From Gekko japonicus (Eukaryota): DNA of 64,000 nt. Both the position numbers and the translations under genes were made by a program. Positions 12,919-25,959 of the stretch are shown here, in pieces. The stretch lies in NCBI RefSeq assembly GCF_001447785.1, contig NW_015166495.1, positions 36,113 through 100,112 on the forward strand. Reading direction: 5' to 3'. Numbering within the stretch: the stretch's first letter is position 1; every line of letters starts with the position of its first letter. The notes below the pieces were generated by a model. The model was not told where the DNA came from and made no database searches. It saw only the letters and a program-made list of their open reading frames with translations.

Positions 12919-15110
12919 AATAGATGAATCTAATTTTAATAATTTAATAATCTGCATCTCTAGAAAAAGCATGCAGAAGCTAGAAAAGATATTAAATTAT
13001 AGTGAGGAGGAGATCTTTAACCAACTGAAACTGGGTAATTCATTCCAAATACGCATTACTTTTCATATTGATTGTTTCCCATTGTTTGGTTTCTACCATA
13101 CAGGGACCATTTTCTTGCCGAGACATTTGAGAAAATTATTACCCTGGTCTGCAGCGAATGTGGGCAAGCTGCTCATACTGTGTCCCAAGTTAGTTGAGGT
13201 ATTTCGTGTTTCAAGGGTGGGAGGGAGAAGAATGGTTGATTGTAGACTTCACCAGACTTATTGAATGTTCAGTCAGGGCCAAACTAGACACGGCATTTTT
13301 TCGACAGTCAGGTCTGGGTAGCCCCAGCTGAGAAGGAGGGTGGGGCGGGTTTTTTTGGCACCATTTCAGCTCGGGAAAATGGTGCGGAGAGGAGTCAAGA
13401 GCCCCTTCTTCTCCTGCATACTGCAGTTCAGAGCCAGATTGGGAACTCCCTCATTTTAAAAGAGATATCCCTCACATCTGTTGTGTGGCTGCAGAGAGAA
13501 TGAGTTGGATCTGGGGAAAGTGGACCCAATCCTAGCTTCAGGCCATGCTATGGAGACAGACTCCAGTCTAAACCCATTGAATATAACAATGGGGGAAACT
13601 CTGTTTATCCTGCCTGATGCTTAAGCAATATTCTGTCTCTGAAAACTTATTCAAAAACATCACTTTGTTTCTATAGGTATGTGGATGCACTATGTGACTC
13701 CATTAATACCAGACAAACGTTCTGACGCATAAAGGCAACTTCTACTGAATCCGATGCTTGGCCTAGAACAGAGATCTTTCACATCATCTATTATAACTGG
13801 AAACTTTTTAAAGTGGAGATGCCAGGGACTGAACCCGGGGCCTGCTGCAAACAAAGCAGATGCTCTACCACTGCCCCACCCCTCGCTATCATCAAGAGTG
13901 AATGAATTTTATTGTTACAGCGCATAGCCAGCAATTATCATCAAGAGAAAAAGAACATCATTCGCTGTCCTCAAAGTGGTGAGATGAATTAATTCTTAAT
14001 TAGCTATGAATTCTGTGTTGTCCTGTTTTGTTTTGTTTTTAAAAATCTTATCTTGTGTAATGAATACTGAGGATCTCTGGGTTCCAGTTCTCTAGCAAAA
14101 AAGGGGGGGAAGTAAACAACAGCACTTCTGTCCCCTGACATACATTTGAGAGCATTATAAAGTGACTGATGCCCCACTCAAAAGAAAGAAATAAACACCA
14201 CAGTTATATTCAAGTACAGTAGTGGCGGAGGAAGAGAAGGAGATTGGGTTTATACCCTCTCCTTTACTACCCGAAGAAGTCTCAGAGCGGCTTACAATTT
14301 CCTTTCCCTTCCCCTCCCTACAACAGATGCCCTGTGAAGTAGGTAGGCCTGAGAGAGCTCTTTCGAGAACTGCTCATGAGAGAACAGCTCTGAAAGAACT
14401 TGTGACTGACCCAAGGTCACCCCAGCAGCTGTATGTGGAGGAGTGGGGAATCAAACTCGGTTCTCCCAGATTAGAGTCCATGCTCCGAACCACTACACCA
14501 AATGGGCTCTCCTGTAGAGACCAGCTAGAGTTTCAGGGTAGTTGAGAGTCAATGCTCCCTTCGTCACAGGATGTGGTTCTCTAAAGTGCTACTGGATTCG
14601 AATCTAACTGTTCCCCTCTGAAACTATAAACACCACAGTTAAATTAAATAAAGTTCCTTTAATTAATTAAAATTATTGACAATAATTCATAAGTAATTAA
14701 TTATTTTAGGTAAGCTAGAGCAGGATGCTGAAGAGGATGCCCAGTGGGTTTGCGAGAATTTGAGAAGTCCCACCTCAGCTTTAAGTATTTAGCCACTAAC
14801 GTATCAGCTCTTCTCTTGTCTCTGCCTGTACATCAAAAAAATGTACTGAGAGATGCCATTGATCAAGGCCATTCCCCTACATTGGTCAGCATGAAGATTC
14901 AGGAGTCAACCAGCAGCACTGAGAAAGTATCTTTCCCAGACTCTTCAATTAGAGAGCCCAAAAGCGTCCAGTCTGGATACATCTCCCTATCCTAAGATAC
15001 TTGAGGGTGTCTACATGTTTTAGGCACCTCCTTGTAACTGGCCTTTAATTTCTAAATACTTTTGGTATCTCATTAATTAAAAAGCGGTCCCTGACCTCAT
15101 CAGTTTTTAA

Positions 15111-15946
15111 CAAGGGACAACAAGAAACAACTGTGAGCTGAATTCCCCGCAGAAGTAAATCCAAAAGGAGACTTCAACACAGTGAAATGCACATGTAATC
15201 AGAAATGAATCTATACATATAATCCATCATTGGAAAATACAGACGTTCACAGGATCCATAGAAGGAAAAAAAAACAAAGTCCAGAGTAGATAGCCAACAC
15301 TTTTCCTAGGCTCAAGTGGTTAAGACGCTGAACTGCAGGCTGTGGAAGGTCGGTAGTTCAGTAGTTCAAGACCCGAGTGTGCCGCATGACGGAGTGAGCT
15401 CCCATCTCTACTTCCAGCTCCTGCCAACCTAGCAGTTCGAAAGCAAGAAATTGCAAGTAGATAAATAGGTACCACTTCGGTGGGAAGGTAACAGCGTTCC
15501 ATGTGCCTTGGTGTTTAGTCATGCCGGCCACATGACCACAGAAACGTCTTCGGACAGCGCTGGCTCTTCAGCTTTGAAACAGAGATGAGCACCGCAACCC
15601 TAGAGTCAGATTCGACTGGCTTTCGAGCAAGGGAACCTTTACCTTTACCTTTATGCAGTTTCAAACTTCTGGTCCTTCCTCAGGAACAAAGAACAACATT
15701 AGGAAGTCTCATTCCAATTTCTTTACAGGACAATACTATTCAGTTTCTTTATGGGCCAGTTCTCCTAAGCTTTAATATGCACCTCTCAAGGTTGCTTCTA
15801 TGGATCCTGTGAACGTCTGTATTTTCCAATGATGGATTATATGTATAGATTCATTTCTGATTACATGTGCATTTTACTTTGTTGAAGTCTCCTTTTGGAT
15901 TTACTTCTGCGGGGAATTCAGCTCACAGTTGTTTCTTGTTGTCCCT
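15111..15946. repeat. Element with 152-bp inverted arms and 16-bp flanking direct repeats; contains a Sauria SINE
   Basis: 15113-15264 is the reverse complement of 15795-15946 (about 2 mismatches). CCTCATCAGTTTTTAA at 15095-15110 and 15944-15959. Confidence 0.8.
15309..15652 (+). mobile_element. Sauria SINE
   Basis: tRNA-like head GGCTCAAGTGGTTAA, body shared with 32276-32627, (ACCTTT)n tail. Confidence 0.8.
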
Positions 15947-16824
15947 CATCAGTTTTTAAGACATTGGCAGAATCATTCTGTGGTCCCTTTATGATGGAGC
16001 TTCACCACAGCTTAATCCGTGCATCTGTTCGCATCAGCGACATGAGAGGTCAAAGAAGAACTCATGCAGTGTAAGCACCGACTCATCTGAATAGCTGTAA
16101 AGGGGGGAGGGAATCAAGTCTCCTCACTTGCAGAAGCACAACTGGCCCAATATCCTAAGACAGCAATAATGGTTCCCCCTTAGGGGAAAAAAATAACATT
16201 AATTTCTCTGACAGGAACTCCAGCTGTTCCATCAGGGAAAGACAATAATTTTAAATAGGGGTATTAAACAAAACATTGGAACCTGATTTCAGTTACTCAT
16301 ATTCTACTTCACTGTCCTATGTTTCGTAAGATTCGTCAGCAATATCTTGATCCTGCTATTTCTAACCTTTCTGGTTCTCCAGAAAGAATTGCCCAGTATT
16401 TACTTGCTGATAAATCCTCTCGACTGATGGAATTAGTGGCTGAGTACTTGGCTATAGTATTGCACAACAGCTATCCTTTTCTAGGTAAAGCCAATGAATA
16501 ATTGTCTGTTTTTGCTTTTAGGCACTGTTTTCTCGATATTACTCTAATTATCCTTTTAGATTGTACTTTTTATCTGATTTTATTTACTTAGACCCTGTTT
16601 GTATCTAATTCTAATTTACCCTCATATGCCATTAAAGGTTTTGAATTTGATTTCAAAAAAGATAGGATGAGAATCGTTTTTTGAATCATTAGCAGTTGTA
16701 ATGCTAATATCTTTGCAAATCCACCCAACACGTGAACGAACTCAAAAGCTATGAACTATATTCTGCAGACATCATGTGAATGGGCCTTGTTTTCTGAAAT
16801 TAAAAAGGAAAGATGCCTCATGGC

Positions 16825-17136
16825 CAGGGGTCTTGTTGTAGAAAAAGAGCTGCCGGAGCTCATTAGCATAACTCATTAGCATAACTTATTTGCATATGCC
16901 ACGCCCCCTGACATCACCGGAAGTGACAGAAGGCCACACCCCCTGACATCACCGGAAGTGTGTCAGAAGGCCCGGCTACTTACCCTCCTGCTTCATCCTC
17001 ATTCCCAAACGGAATGAGGATCGAAGAGAGGGCGGGGTAAAGAAGGGGGCGGGGCTTCACCACGTGACCGCCCCGCCCCCTAGAGGTTCTCTTCCGGAGC
17101 TCCGTACCTGAGAGCTCCCCCCCGACTAGAGCCCTG
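16825..17136. mobile_element. hAT-type non-autonomous DNA transposon
   Basis: CAGGG...CCCTG ends; 8-bp TSD CTCATGGC at 16817-16824 and 17137-17144; tandem CTCATTAGCAT motifs. Confidence 0.85.
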
Positions 17137-17517
17137 CTCATGGCTCTTACTTCATTTTCATCTTCTATTTTGTTGCAATGAAGGGCGTCAAGCAAAATCC
17201 AGGATGGTTTCATTGATGCGGTTATATTCTATTCATGACCATTCAAAGAGGCGAAATTCTATTCTGAAGATCACAACTGTCTTTGGAAAACCAAAGGGAC
17301 CACCTCCCATGGAGACAATTAACAAAGGAGCAGAAGTTAAGATTAACAACCTGAGGTTGCATCACTAAAGTACTCATTTCAGATTTAACCAGTTAATGGG
17401 GACATTTCTCTAGATGCCTTAAAAATGCACAAGGTGATGGGGTGTGAATTCTGCCTTTAACAAGATTTCAAACTCAAAGTCCACTTTTAATGATAAATGA
17501 ACAAACTTGGAGCTCAG

Positions 17518-17622
17518 TGGCACCTTTAAGATCAACGAAGTTTAATTCAGATACCTGAAGAAGTGTGCATCTACACAAGAGCTTATACCCAGAATAAAAC
17601 TTTGTTCGTCTTAAAGGTGCCA
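17518..17622. mobile_element. Penelope-like terminal hairpin fragment
   Basis: TGGCACCTTTAAGA...TCTTAAAGGTGCCA inverted ends enclosing CTGAAGAAGTGTGCAT..CAC. Related ends at ~10395-10470, 30103-30175, 31245-31390, 44873-45058, 50560-50637 and 63976-64000. Confidence 0.6.
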
Positions 17623-18158
17623 TTAGACTCCAACTTTGTGGTGTGAATCTATCTTAATAGCAAAAGGTGCATTTGCTTTTGGAATCATTAGCAGATGTAA
17701 TGCTAATACCTTTTTGCAAATCCATCCAACACGGTTATGAAGGGACTCAAAAACTCTGAAATATGGTCTACAAACATCATGTGAATGGGCCTTATTTTCT
17801 GAAATCAGAAAATAAAAATGCCTCATGGTTCTTACGTAATCGTCACCTTCTCTTTTGTTGCAGCCAAGGATTTCAAGCAAGATCTTGGATCACTTCATCA
17901 ATGTGGTTATATTCTATCCATGACCATTTGAAAAGGTATAATTCTGTTCCGAGGATCACAGGTGTCTTTGAGAACCCAGAGGGACCACCTCCCATGGAGA
18001 CAACTTGCAAAGAAGAGTGGAGCCCAAGTTCAAAGTCAACAACTTAAAGTCACATCAGTAGGGTATTCACTTCAAATTTAACAAGTTAAGGGAGGCATTA
18101 GTCTAAATGCCTTAATAATACATAAGAAGAGGAAGGGATTCAGTCCTTGAGTTCTGAT

Positions 18159-18521
18159 CAGGGGTTGCTTCGTAGAAAAAGAGCTAGGGGAACTCATTAG
18201 CATACCTCATTAGCATATGCCACACCCCCTGACATCACTGGAAGTGTGTCATAAGGCCACACACCCCACCCCCAATGGTTCTGGCCGGCGGGAGTGCAAG
18301 GAAGCCCCGCGAAGGCCCTCCCTGGCCCCAGGCAGGCAGGGGTGGGGAGAGGCAGGGAGGAAGGAACTTACCCTCCCTCTTCTCCTGCCTCCTCCTGGCT
18401 GAATGAGGGCCGGAAGCGGGGCGGCCGGAAGCAGGGGGCGGGGCTTCGTCATGTGCCCCGCCCCCGTACCTCACCTGGGGGAGCTGCGATCCCCCGCGAT
18501 CCCCCCCCGAAATGACCTCTG
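18159..18521. mobile_element. hAT-type non-autonomous DNA transposon (related to 16825-17136)
   Basis: 8-bp TSD GTTCTGAT at 18151-18158 and 18522-18529; shared left end. Confidence 0.85.
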
Positions 18522-18576
18522 GTTCTGATGCAAACTCAATTTTTTCACCAGATTGTTATATCAGCACATTATCTTA

Positions 18577-18882
18577 GGACTTTTCTGCACTCTCCTTTTA
18601 ATCCATGTTCACCGCAGTGTCTTCCAAATAATTTTGCACTAAAATCGAACTCAACCTTCTTTTTAATTCAGTTTCCCACCCATTCTGCACTAAAATTGAG
18701 TTCAACCTTCTTTTTATTCCATCCCCCCCCCATTCTGCATTACATTCTCTCCCTTCAGTGGCCAGCCCAGTTTCTGCCTGCTGTTGCCCCAGGTTATTTG
18801 GATGCTGTTTTGCCCTGGACTTAAATTGCCTCGACTTGAACACTGAGAAAATCCAGAGTGGCAGGCAAATGCGGAAAGGGCC
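18577..18882. mobile_element. Harbinger-like MITE
   Basis: GGACTTTTCTGCA/TGCGGAAAGGGCC imperfect TIRs; TTA TSD. Confidence 0.6.
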
Positions 18883-21800
18883 TTAAGTCTTCCTTTCCCA
18901 CCCAGAATAAGAATTCCCAATGAGATTTCAGCTCAAGAGCTATTCAAAACTTGGAGACTCCTCCACAAACAAAGCATACAAGGAACATCAAGAGAAATTA
19001 AAAACATAACGGCTTGGATCCACTGGAAATTTCCACTGACAGGAGGGATTTCTGCGAGTGGGTTGTGAGTTCCTTGATTCCTGCATTCTTCTGAGGCTCC
19101 AGGTGCCCTCTTAAATACTGTTCCTCATGGACAGGGAACCTCCAGGAAAGGAAGGGAGGAACTGAAAATGCCCCACTCCTATCAGCAGAAATCCTCACTT
19201 GATCTATCCTTTGATAAGCCTATCAAAATCTTTTTTTGGGGGGGTGGGTTATGTATCCCTAATCGTGTTGCTTCTCTTGAAATAACTAACCAGCAACATA
19301 CTGGTCTGTGGTTTCAGTAGGTTTTTGTTCACATTTATTAATTTGGTGTAGTAGTGTAGTTTGGTGTAGTGGTTAGGAGTGTGGACTCTAAGCTGGGAGA
19401 GCAGGGTTTGATTCCCCACTCCTCCACATGTAGCTGCTGGTGTGACCTGGGTTCAGTTACAAGTTCTCTCAGAGCTGTTCTCTCATGAGCCGTTCTCGAG
19501 AGAGCTCTCTCAGCCCCACCTACCTCACAGCATATCTGTTGTGGGGAGGGGAAGGGAAAGGAATTGTAAGCCACTCTGAGACCCCTTTGGGTAATGAAGG
19601 GTGGNNNNNNNNNNNNNNNNNNNNNNNNNNNNNNNNNNNNNNNNNNNNNNNNNNNNNNNNNNNNNNNNNNNNNNNNNNNNNNNNNNNNNNNNNNNNNNNN
19701 NNNNNNNNNNNNNNNNNNNNNNNNNNNNNNNNNNNCACTGGGACTCAAGGCAAAGAGCAGAGTGAGTTGATACAATCAACAAGATGGGACATTCAAGAAA
19801 CAATGCAATAGGATTTGGGTAGCAGAACCAACCAGAAGTCTGAAAAACAGAACTAAAGCAAAGCATGAGTGTTAATCTGACACATCGCATGATGCAAAAT
19901 CACACAATGGGAGCAAACATTACACCGTAGGACAGCAAACTATACACCGTAGGACAGACCACAGTCCTCAGTAATTTATCCAATTACCTTTGTGAAGCTT
20001 TTCATACAGTGCAAACGTATTGCCCATGTTGAGAAATGGACTAATTTATGGTTTTATATCTGCTACACACGCAACACATGGACTGTGCACACGTATCTGT
20101 ATACCATAGGCCAAAGGAAGCTGTTTGCATCACCTACTGTGAGAGAGAATTCACATAGGGAACACTTGCCTGCATTTTATGTTAATGTAGCTTGCACACA
20201 TTCAGCTCAAAGGCTCATGGGAAGAAGAAGCACATGTTAGCCATTGTGAGCAGAGACAACAACCAAGAAGGAGAAATTCCCCCATTACTGAAAAGACGAG
20301 ATGTCACGCAGGACACGGACTTGATATGCATCTGAATTGCCATTTCCTGTTGATGGTACCTTGTTCGCCTGGGAAAGCCAAGATTCATCTGTACTTCAAA
20401 GAGGATACAGGAAGCCGAGACTTCACACTTGGCCAGATGGTATTCCATGAGATAGAGTGTAGAGTTTCAAATATCGCCCCACCCATAGAATACCTGCCCC
20501 TTTTCTACATGCACCAATGAGGGAGGTCATGGGATGGACTTGTAAGTAGGTGGGATTGCAGTTTGGCAAGGTGCCACCCACCTGGAGATTCAACTATAAA
20601 ACGCAAAGGTCCTGGGCTAGCCACATTCTTCCATCAACTCAAAGACCATGCTTCAGGCTAGCCACCTCTCCTCTCATCAACTCCTTTATACTTTGAATTC
20701 CTTTCTTGCTATGCAACAATCCTTTCTGTCTATTATGGATCTCTTTGGACTGCAGCCAAAGAGATACACATACACACACTCATACACTTGACCGGCTGGT
20801 TCTGGAACAGTGTGATTCAGGTAAAACTTCTAGACACTATTTTCTGTTCCTTTATTTTTCATTGCAACAGACAAGACTTCTGAAACAGGCAAGTATGAAC
20901 TGATTTACCTACCTACCTCCTAAGTAACTAAACTATTTTCTGTTTCTGTAACTCTAAAGGAAACTTGAATGTATGCGAATGAGAAACTGATTATTTTGTA
21001 TGGGTGACTTTGATATCCTTCAGTAAAAAGATTATTTGTTTTGGAAAAATAACTGTCTCACCTCCATTACTGGAACTCTGGGTTCAGACACGACTTTGGT
21101 ATAGCTGGCCAGGACTCACATTAAATTTAGTTAGCCTCTGCTGTAGATAAAGCAGTTGGTGTAACACCCACATGTAAAAGCCCTCCTGAATGGTTCAGTT
21201 TTGCGTACTTTGTGGAAAGCCAGGGCAGTGAGAGCCTCCTGATCTCCTCTGCAGGCCATTCTACAATGTGGTTGGCTACAATGGAGGAGGAGGAGGAGGA
21301 GGAGGAGGAGGAGGAGAGGGAGGAGGAGGAGGAGGAGGAGGAGGAGATTGGATTTATACCCAACCCTTCCATGACTGTATGAAGGGATTTTCAAGAAACT
21401 TAGGCTAAAGCCCACCAAGTGTGTTCTCCCCTTCTATTCAATTTAGCTCCAATGACCCCACATCAATATGCACATTCTCTTAGCAGAAGATGCTCCAACG
21501 AAAGGATTACTGTATTGACCAAAGAATTACTGTATTGTCAATGAAAATATGAGCCAAAATAACGTCCTGTGTATAATTTACTCAGATTCTAACCCTTACA
21601 TTGTTAGATATAATAGGATGAATGATCTAGGTAGAAATTTTATGCCAGTAAGTAATTTAATATTTTTGGGTATTTTTCTCATTCTCACTGGAGAAGACCC
21701 TGATGCTGGGAAAGACTGAAGGTCAAAGAAGACAGGGACGGCAAAGGATGAGATGGTTAGACAGTGTCATAGATGCAATGAACATGAAGTTGAGCAAACT

Positions 21801-22842
21801 TCAGAGGACGGCGGAAGACTGGAAGGCCTGGCGTGATCTGGTCCATGGGGTTGCGATGAGCCGGACTAGACTGTGCGACTGAACAACAACAAATGGCTTG
21901 TAAGCCATAATAGAAGAAGAGGAGGAGGAGGAGGAGATTGGATTTATACCCCACCCTTCACTTGGAGTTTCAGAGCGGCTTACAAGCTCCTTTCCATTTC
22001 CCTCCCCACAACAGACACCCTGTGAGGTAGGTGGGGCTGAGAGAGCTCTTTCCAGAACTGTTCTTGAGAGAACAGCTCTGACAGAACTATGGCTTGCCCA
22101 AGGTCATCCAGCAGCTGCACGTGGAGGAGTGGGGAATCAAACCCGGTTCTCCTAGATTAGAGTCTGTGCACTTAACCACTACACCAAAAGGCACATCTGC
22201 GGCAAACCAGAAGGTACATCTACGGGCAGTTGTTGATTTTTCCCATTTTTGGGTTAGCACCTGCGGAAGTCTCTGCTCAGATGAGTGAAGCGGTTATGGC
22301 AGAGCATAGGGGGGGAGATGGTCTTGCAGATATGAGGGTCCAAGGCCATGATGGACTTTGTATGTGATGACCAATACTTTAAATTGACTCTGGTAACTGA
22401 TGGGCAGGCAGAGTGACTGTAGAATGGCTATAATATGCATGCTCCATCTAGCTCCCTTGAGAGCCAGTTTGGTGTGGAGGTTAGGAGTGCCGAACTGGGT
22501 TTGATTCCCCACTCCTCCACATGCAGCCACCTGGGTGACCTTGGGTCAGTCACAAGTTCTCTCAGAGCTGTACTCTCAAGGGCAGTTCTCTCAGAGCTCT
22601 CTCAGCCCCACCTACCTCACAGGGTGTCTGTTGTGGGGAGGGGAAGGGAGATTGTAAGCTGCTCCAAGATGCTTTCGGGTAGTGAAGGGTGGGGTATAAA
22701 TTCAATCTCCTCCTCTTCCTCCTCCTCCTAGATATATCTTTCATATATAACACTTCTGGTAGGCTCAAAATGGTTTTGCAGTACTTTGAATATTTTGAAG
22801 GGATCTTCCCTCTCTGCTGCTGGAATATCTAGATGCTACTGG

Positions 22843-23110
22843 CAGATAATGAAACTGAAGCTCAAATACTTTGGCTACCAAATGAGAAGAGAGCACTCAC
22901 TGGAGAAGACCCTGATGCTGGGAAAGATTGAAGGGCAAAGAAGATGGGGACGGCAAAGGATGAGATGGTTAGACAGTGTCATAGATTCAAGGAACATGAA
23001 ATTGAGCAAACTTCAGAGGACGGCGGAAGACCGGAAGGCCTGGCGTGATCTGGTCCATGGGGTCGCGAAGAGTCGGACTCGACTGTGCGACTGAACGACA
23101 ACAACAACAA
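22843..23110 (+). mobile_element. Bov-B 3' fragment
   Basis: LKLKYFGYQMRREHSLEKTLMLGKIEG...VAKSRTRLCD and a (CAA)n tail. A shorter copy lies at ~21683-21893. Confidence 0.85.
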
Positions 23111-23133
23111 CTGAAGTAACTAAGAATCCCTTG

Positions 23134-23350
23134 CCCTGACCTGGATAGTCCAGACTAGTCTGATCTCATCAGATCTCAGAAGCTAAGTAGGGGTGACCTT
23201 GGTTAGTATTTGGATGGTAGACCACTAAGGCAGTCCAGTGTTGCTGCATTGAAGTGAGCCATGGCAAACCGCCTCTGAGTGCTTCTTGCCTTGAAAACCC
23301 CATGAAGGGTTGCCACGTCAGATGCAACTTAATAACATTTTCCACCACCA
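23134..23350 (+). mobile_element. 5S rRNA-derived SINE
   Basis: GATCTCAGAAGCTAAG..GGTTAGTATTTGGATGG resembles the 5S internal promoter and is followed by a non-5S body. Other copies at ~3915-4115, 7290-7513, 12540-12604, 40330-40512 and 42295-42510. Confidence 0.7.
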
Positions 23351-23895
23351 TGAGTCCCTTCCCATAACAATCAATTAAAGTTGCCATTCTGATTTTTTTC
23401 CCCTGCCATCGAATCATGTAGCATTTCATAATTCTCTCACTGTGCCTCCAATAACTTCCAGTTGTTGAAAATATTACCTTTCACATCCATCAACCCAGGA
23501 ACTGGAATTAGACTGGCTGCCATGGCTGGAATATCTGCTTTTCCCTCTATTTGGTTCATACTGCTTGAAAGCTATGCTTCTTTAGCTGATTCTACTTTTT
23601 CTAAAAGTACTTGCACTTCTGACACCATGTTCTAATGGATCGTTTAAAGACAACAGAGACATAGTTTCATTAACTCCGGATTTATTTTAGGCCACTCTGG
23701 AATACACACGTAATAACTGCAACTCATCCCGTTGTCCTCTGACCTAGTACCTGAAGCTGCATTTCCAGTTCCTTATAGTGAATAGAGCCTCTCTTTTTTT
23801 CAAGTTCCTTGGTTGGTCAGCATAATTATCTGTTCTCTGTCTGAGATGCTGTGCCCTACTGAACTCCATAAGCAGAAGTCTATTACTTTCAAGAT

Positions 23896-24760
23896 TGTCA
23901 GGCATGGTCTAAAAAACCCCAGGGATCCAGGGGGACATTGGGATGCTTAGCTGAAATCACTATCCATCTGCATACTTTACACTGGCAATGAGGATGGGAT
24001 TTGCACTCCCATGAACAAAGACCCGGACGCTGATTCAAGCACCGCATCGAGCCCCGACACTGAGACCGCCGCAAGCCGCTCCTCTTCGCACCCGGCTTCT
24101 CCATCAACTGCTCATCGCTCCGCTCCTGGCTCCCAAAACCGCTCTGCTGACCCCGAGAGCAGCAGTAGCAATCCCGGCAGTGCTCCAACTAGGCCGCTAC
24201 CCTCACCACGCAGTCATCGGGCAATGGCGACCAGCCGGGGCAACATCGACGCCTTCAACATCTCCCGCCCCACCGAGTGGGAGTCCTGGCTAGAGATACT
24301 GGAAAATCACTTCGACTGTAACGACATTACGGATGAGGGAAAGAAAAAGGCTCATCTCCTGCAGTTGTGCGGCATGGACACCATCCTCCTACTTAAGGAC
24401 CTCATCATGCCCAAGAAGACTAAGGAGGAGCCCTACCCCGTGCTGGTGAAGGCGTTGACGGATCACCTTTCGCCTAAGCCCACGAAATTCGTCGAGCGCA
24501 CAGACTTTTGCGCGAGGGTCCAAGGGCCGGACGAGTCGGCCTCCGACTTCTTGGCTGGACTCAGGCGAGTGGCCACCAACTGCGCCTTCCCGCACCTAGC
24601 GGACACCCTGCTGACCCAGTTCCTGGTGGGCCTATGAGAGCCCAAGATCCACCGGAGGCTGGTCAGCCAGGACGACCTGGACCTGGATAAAGCAGTCCGG
24701 GAGGCCTCAGCGTACGAGAAAGCCCACCACCAAAACACACACCCCACTCCCCGATAGGCT
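23896..24760 (+). mobile_element. Gypsy 5' fragment (short LTR remnant, tRNA-Ser-type PBS, gag)
   Basis: TGTCA...TTACA then TGGCAATGAGGATGGGAT (~23984-24001). gag MATSRGNIDAFNISRPTEWESWLE...QGPDESASDFLAGLRRVATNCAF is homologous to the gag of the 45-kb element; premature stop at 24637. Confidence 0.8.
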
Positions 24761-24989
24761 ATTTACAGTAACCGAGAGACCTATTGGCCTCACGGTTTGG
24801 GACCTAGCCTTCTGATAGGGCCGGCTAGGATCCTTCTGGCCCATTGTCTTTAGATACGAAGCTTGAGGTTTTGTCCCTGGGCAAGTCCGGACATGCCCGG
24901 CCTTGTCAGGGCTGGACACACTACACATAGTTATGCCTATGCTTGCTGAAGAGATATCTTTCAATATGGACATTGATGTTGGAAGTGGT

Positions 24990-25925
24990 TTATTCCTTTG
25001 CTTTCCATCCGATCAGCCTCGATAAGGCTCCCTTCACATCCCTGTTTCTCAGGCTGTAGATCAGGGGGTTCAGCATTGGGGTCACGACCACATAAAAAAC
25101 AGCCACTATTTTTTCCTGATCTGTGAATGTCTTGGCCTGAGGCTTCAGGTATCCGGCCAAGGCAGTGCCATAGAAGATGCCCACCACAGCCAGATGAGAG
25201 CCACAGGTGGATAAAGCTTTCCCCCGGCCTTGGGCTGAACGGATACGCAGGACAGCCATACCAATGCGCCCATATGTGAGCAGGATGAAGGCAAAGGGGA
25301 ACAGAAGAGTGAAGACACTCGTGACCAGCATACTAAGCCCACTGGCGTGCGTGTCAGAGCAGACCAATTTCAACACTGCCTGGACTTCACATACAAAATG
25401 ATTCACCACATTGTGGCCACACAAGCGGGCCGGCATGATAAAAAAGGGTACGACGGTCAAGAGGAAAGAGCTGAGCCACAGGCTGACGGCCACGATAATG
25501 CACACTTTTCGATTCATCACCAAGGTGTAGTGCAGAGGGCTGCATATTGCCACAAAGCGGTCATAAGCCATGACCGCTAGCAAGAGGCACTCAGCCACTC
25601 CCAAAAACAGAGAGATGTTCATTTGTGCAAAACAGTTGCCCAGAGGTATAATGGCCTTTTCTGTGAAGCAGTGCGCCAGCATTTGTGGGACAGAGGTGGT
25701 GACATAGCAGACGTCAATGAAGGAGAGGTTGCTGAGGAAGAAATACATGGGTGTGTGGAGGTGAGGATCCACCACAGTCAGCACCACAATGAGGCCATTC
25801 CCAGCTACAGTGATGGCATACATGACCAAGAAGAGGACGAACAAGGCAGCACGCACATGGGGCTGTCTGGAGAGGCCCACGAGCACAAACTCAGTCACTG
25901 TGGTTGCGTTATCTCCACCTTCCAT
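24990..25925 (-). CDS. Olfactory receptor, class II, intact (OR-C)
   Basis: 311-aa ORF from MEGGDNATT with all canonical OR motifs; acceptor ...ctcttgcag|gaaatATG. Confidence 0.95.
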   Translation of the reverse strand: MEGGDNATTVTEFVLVGLSRQPHVRAALFVLFLVMYAITVAGNGLIVVLTVVDPHLHTPMYFFLSNLSFIDVCYVTTSVPQMLAHCFTEKAIIPLGNCFAQMNISLFLGVAECLLLAVMAYDRFVAICSPLHYTLVMNRKVCIIVAVSLWLSSFLLTVVPFFIMPARLCGHNVVNHFVCEVQAVLKLVCSDTHASGLSMLVTSVFTLLFPFAFILLTYGRIGMAVLRIRSAQGRGKALSTCGSHLAVVGIFYGTALAGYLKPQAKTFTDQEKIVAVFYVVVTPMLNPLIYSLRNRDVKGALSRLIGWKAKE

Positions 25926-25959
25926 ATTTCCTGCAAGAGGAGAATTGAGAATCTTAGTA

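Larger units (their letters stand above)
14900..23790 (-). mobile_element. Ancient Gypsy relic, copy upstream of OR-B, fragmented by many younger insertions, with PBS and LTR remnant
   Basis: RT-like block at ~14900-16260; PR block present twice (~16690-17430 and ~17650-18150); gag pieces at ~19200-19340 and ~22730-22840. PBS TGGTGTCAGAAGTG (tRNA-Leu type) at 23614-23627, followed by an LTR-like segment to ~23790. Confidence 0.65.

Noticed and set aside
19990-21115. Possible ERV-type LTR (TATA at ~20596, AGTAAA at ~21023, weak PBS-like TGGTATAGCTGGCCAGGA)
   Set aside because: No second LTR, TSD or coding remnant to support boundaries.
23134-23250. Possible 5S rRNA gene, and tRNA-like heads elsewhere
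   Set aside because: Diverged and attached to SINE bodies; no intact 5S or tRNA structure or terminator.
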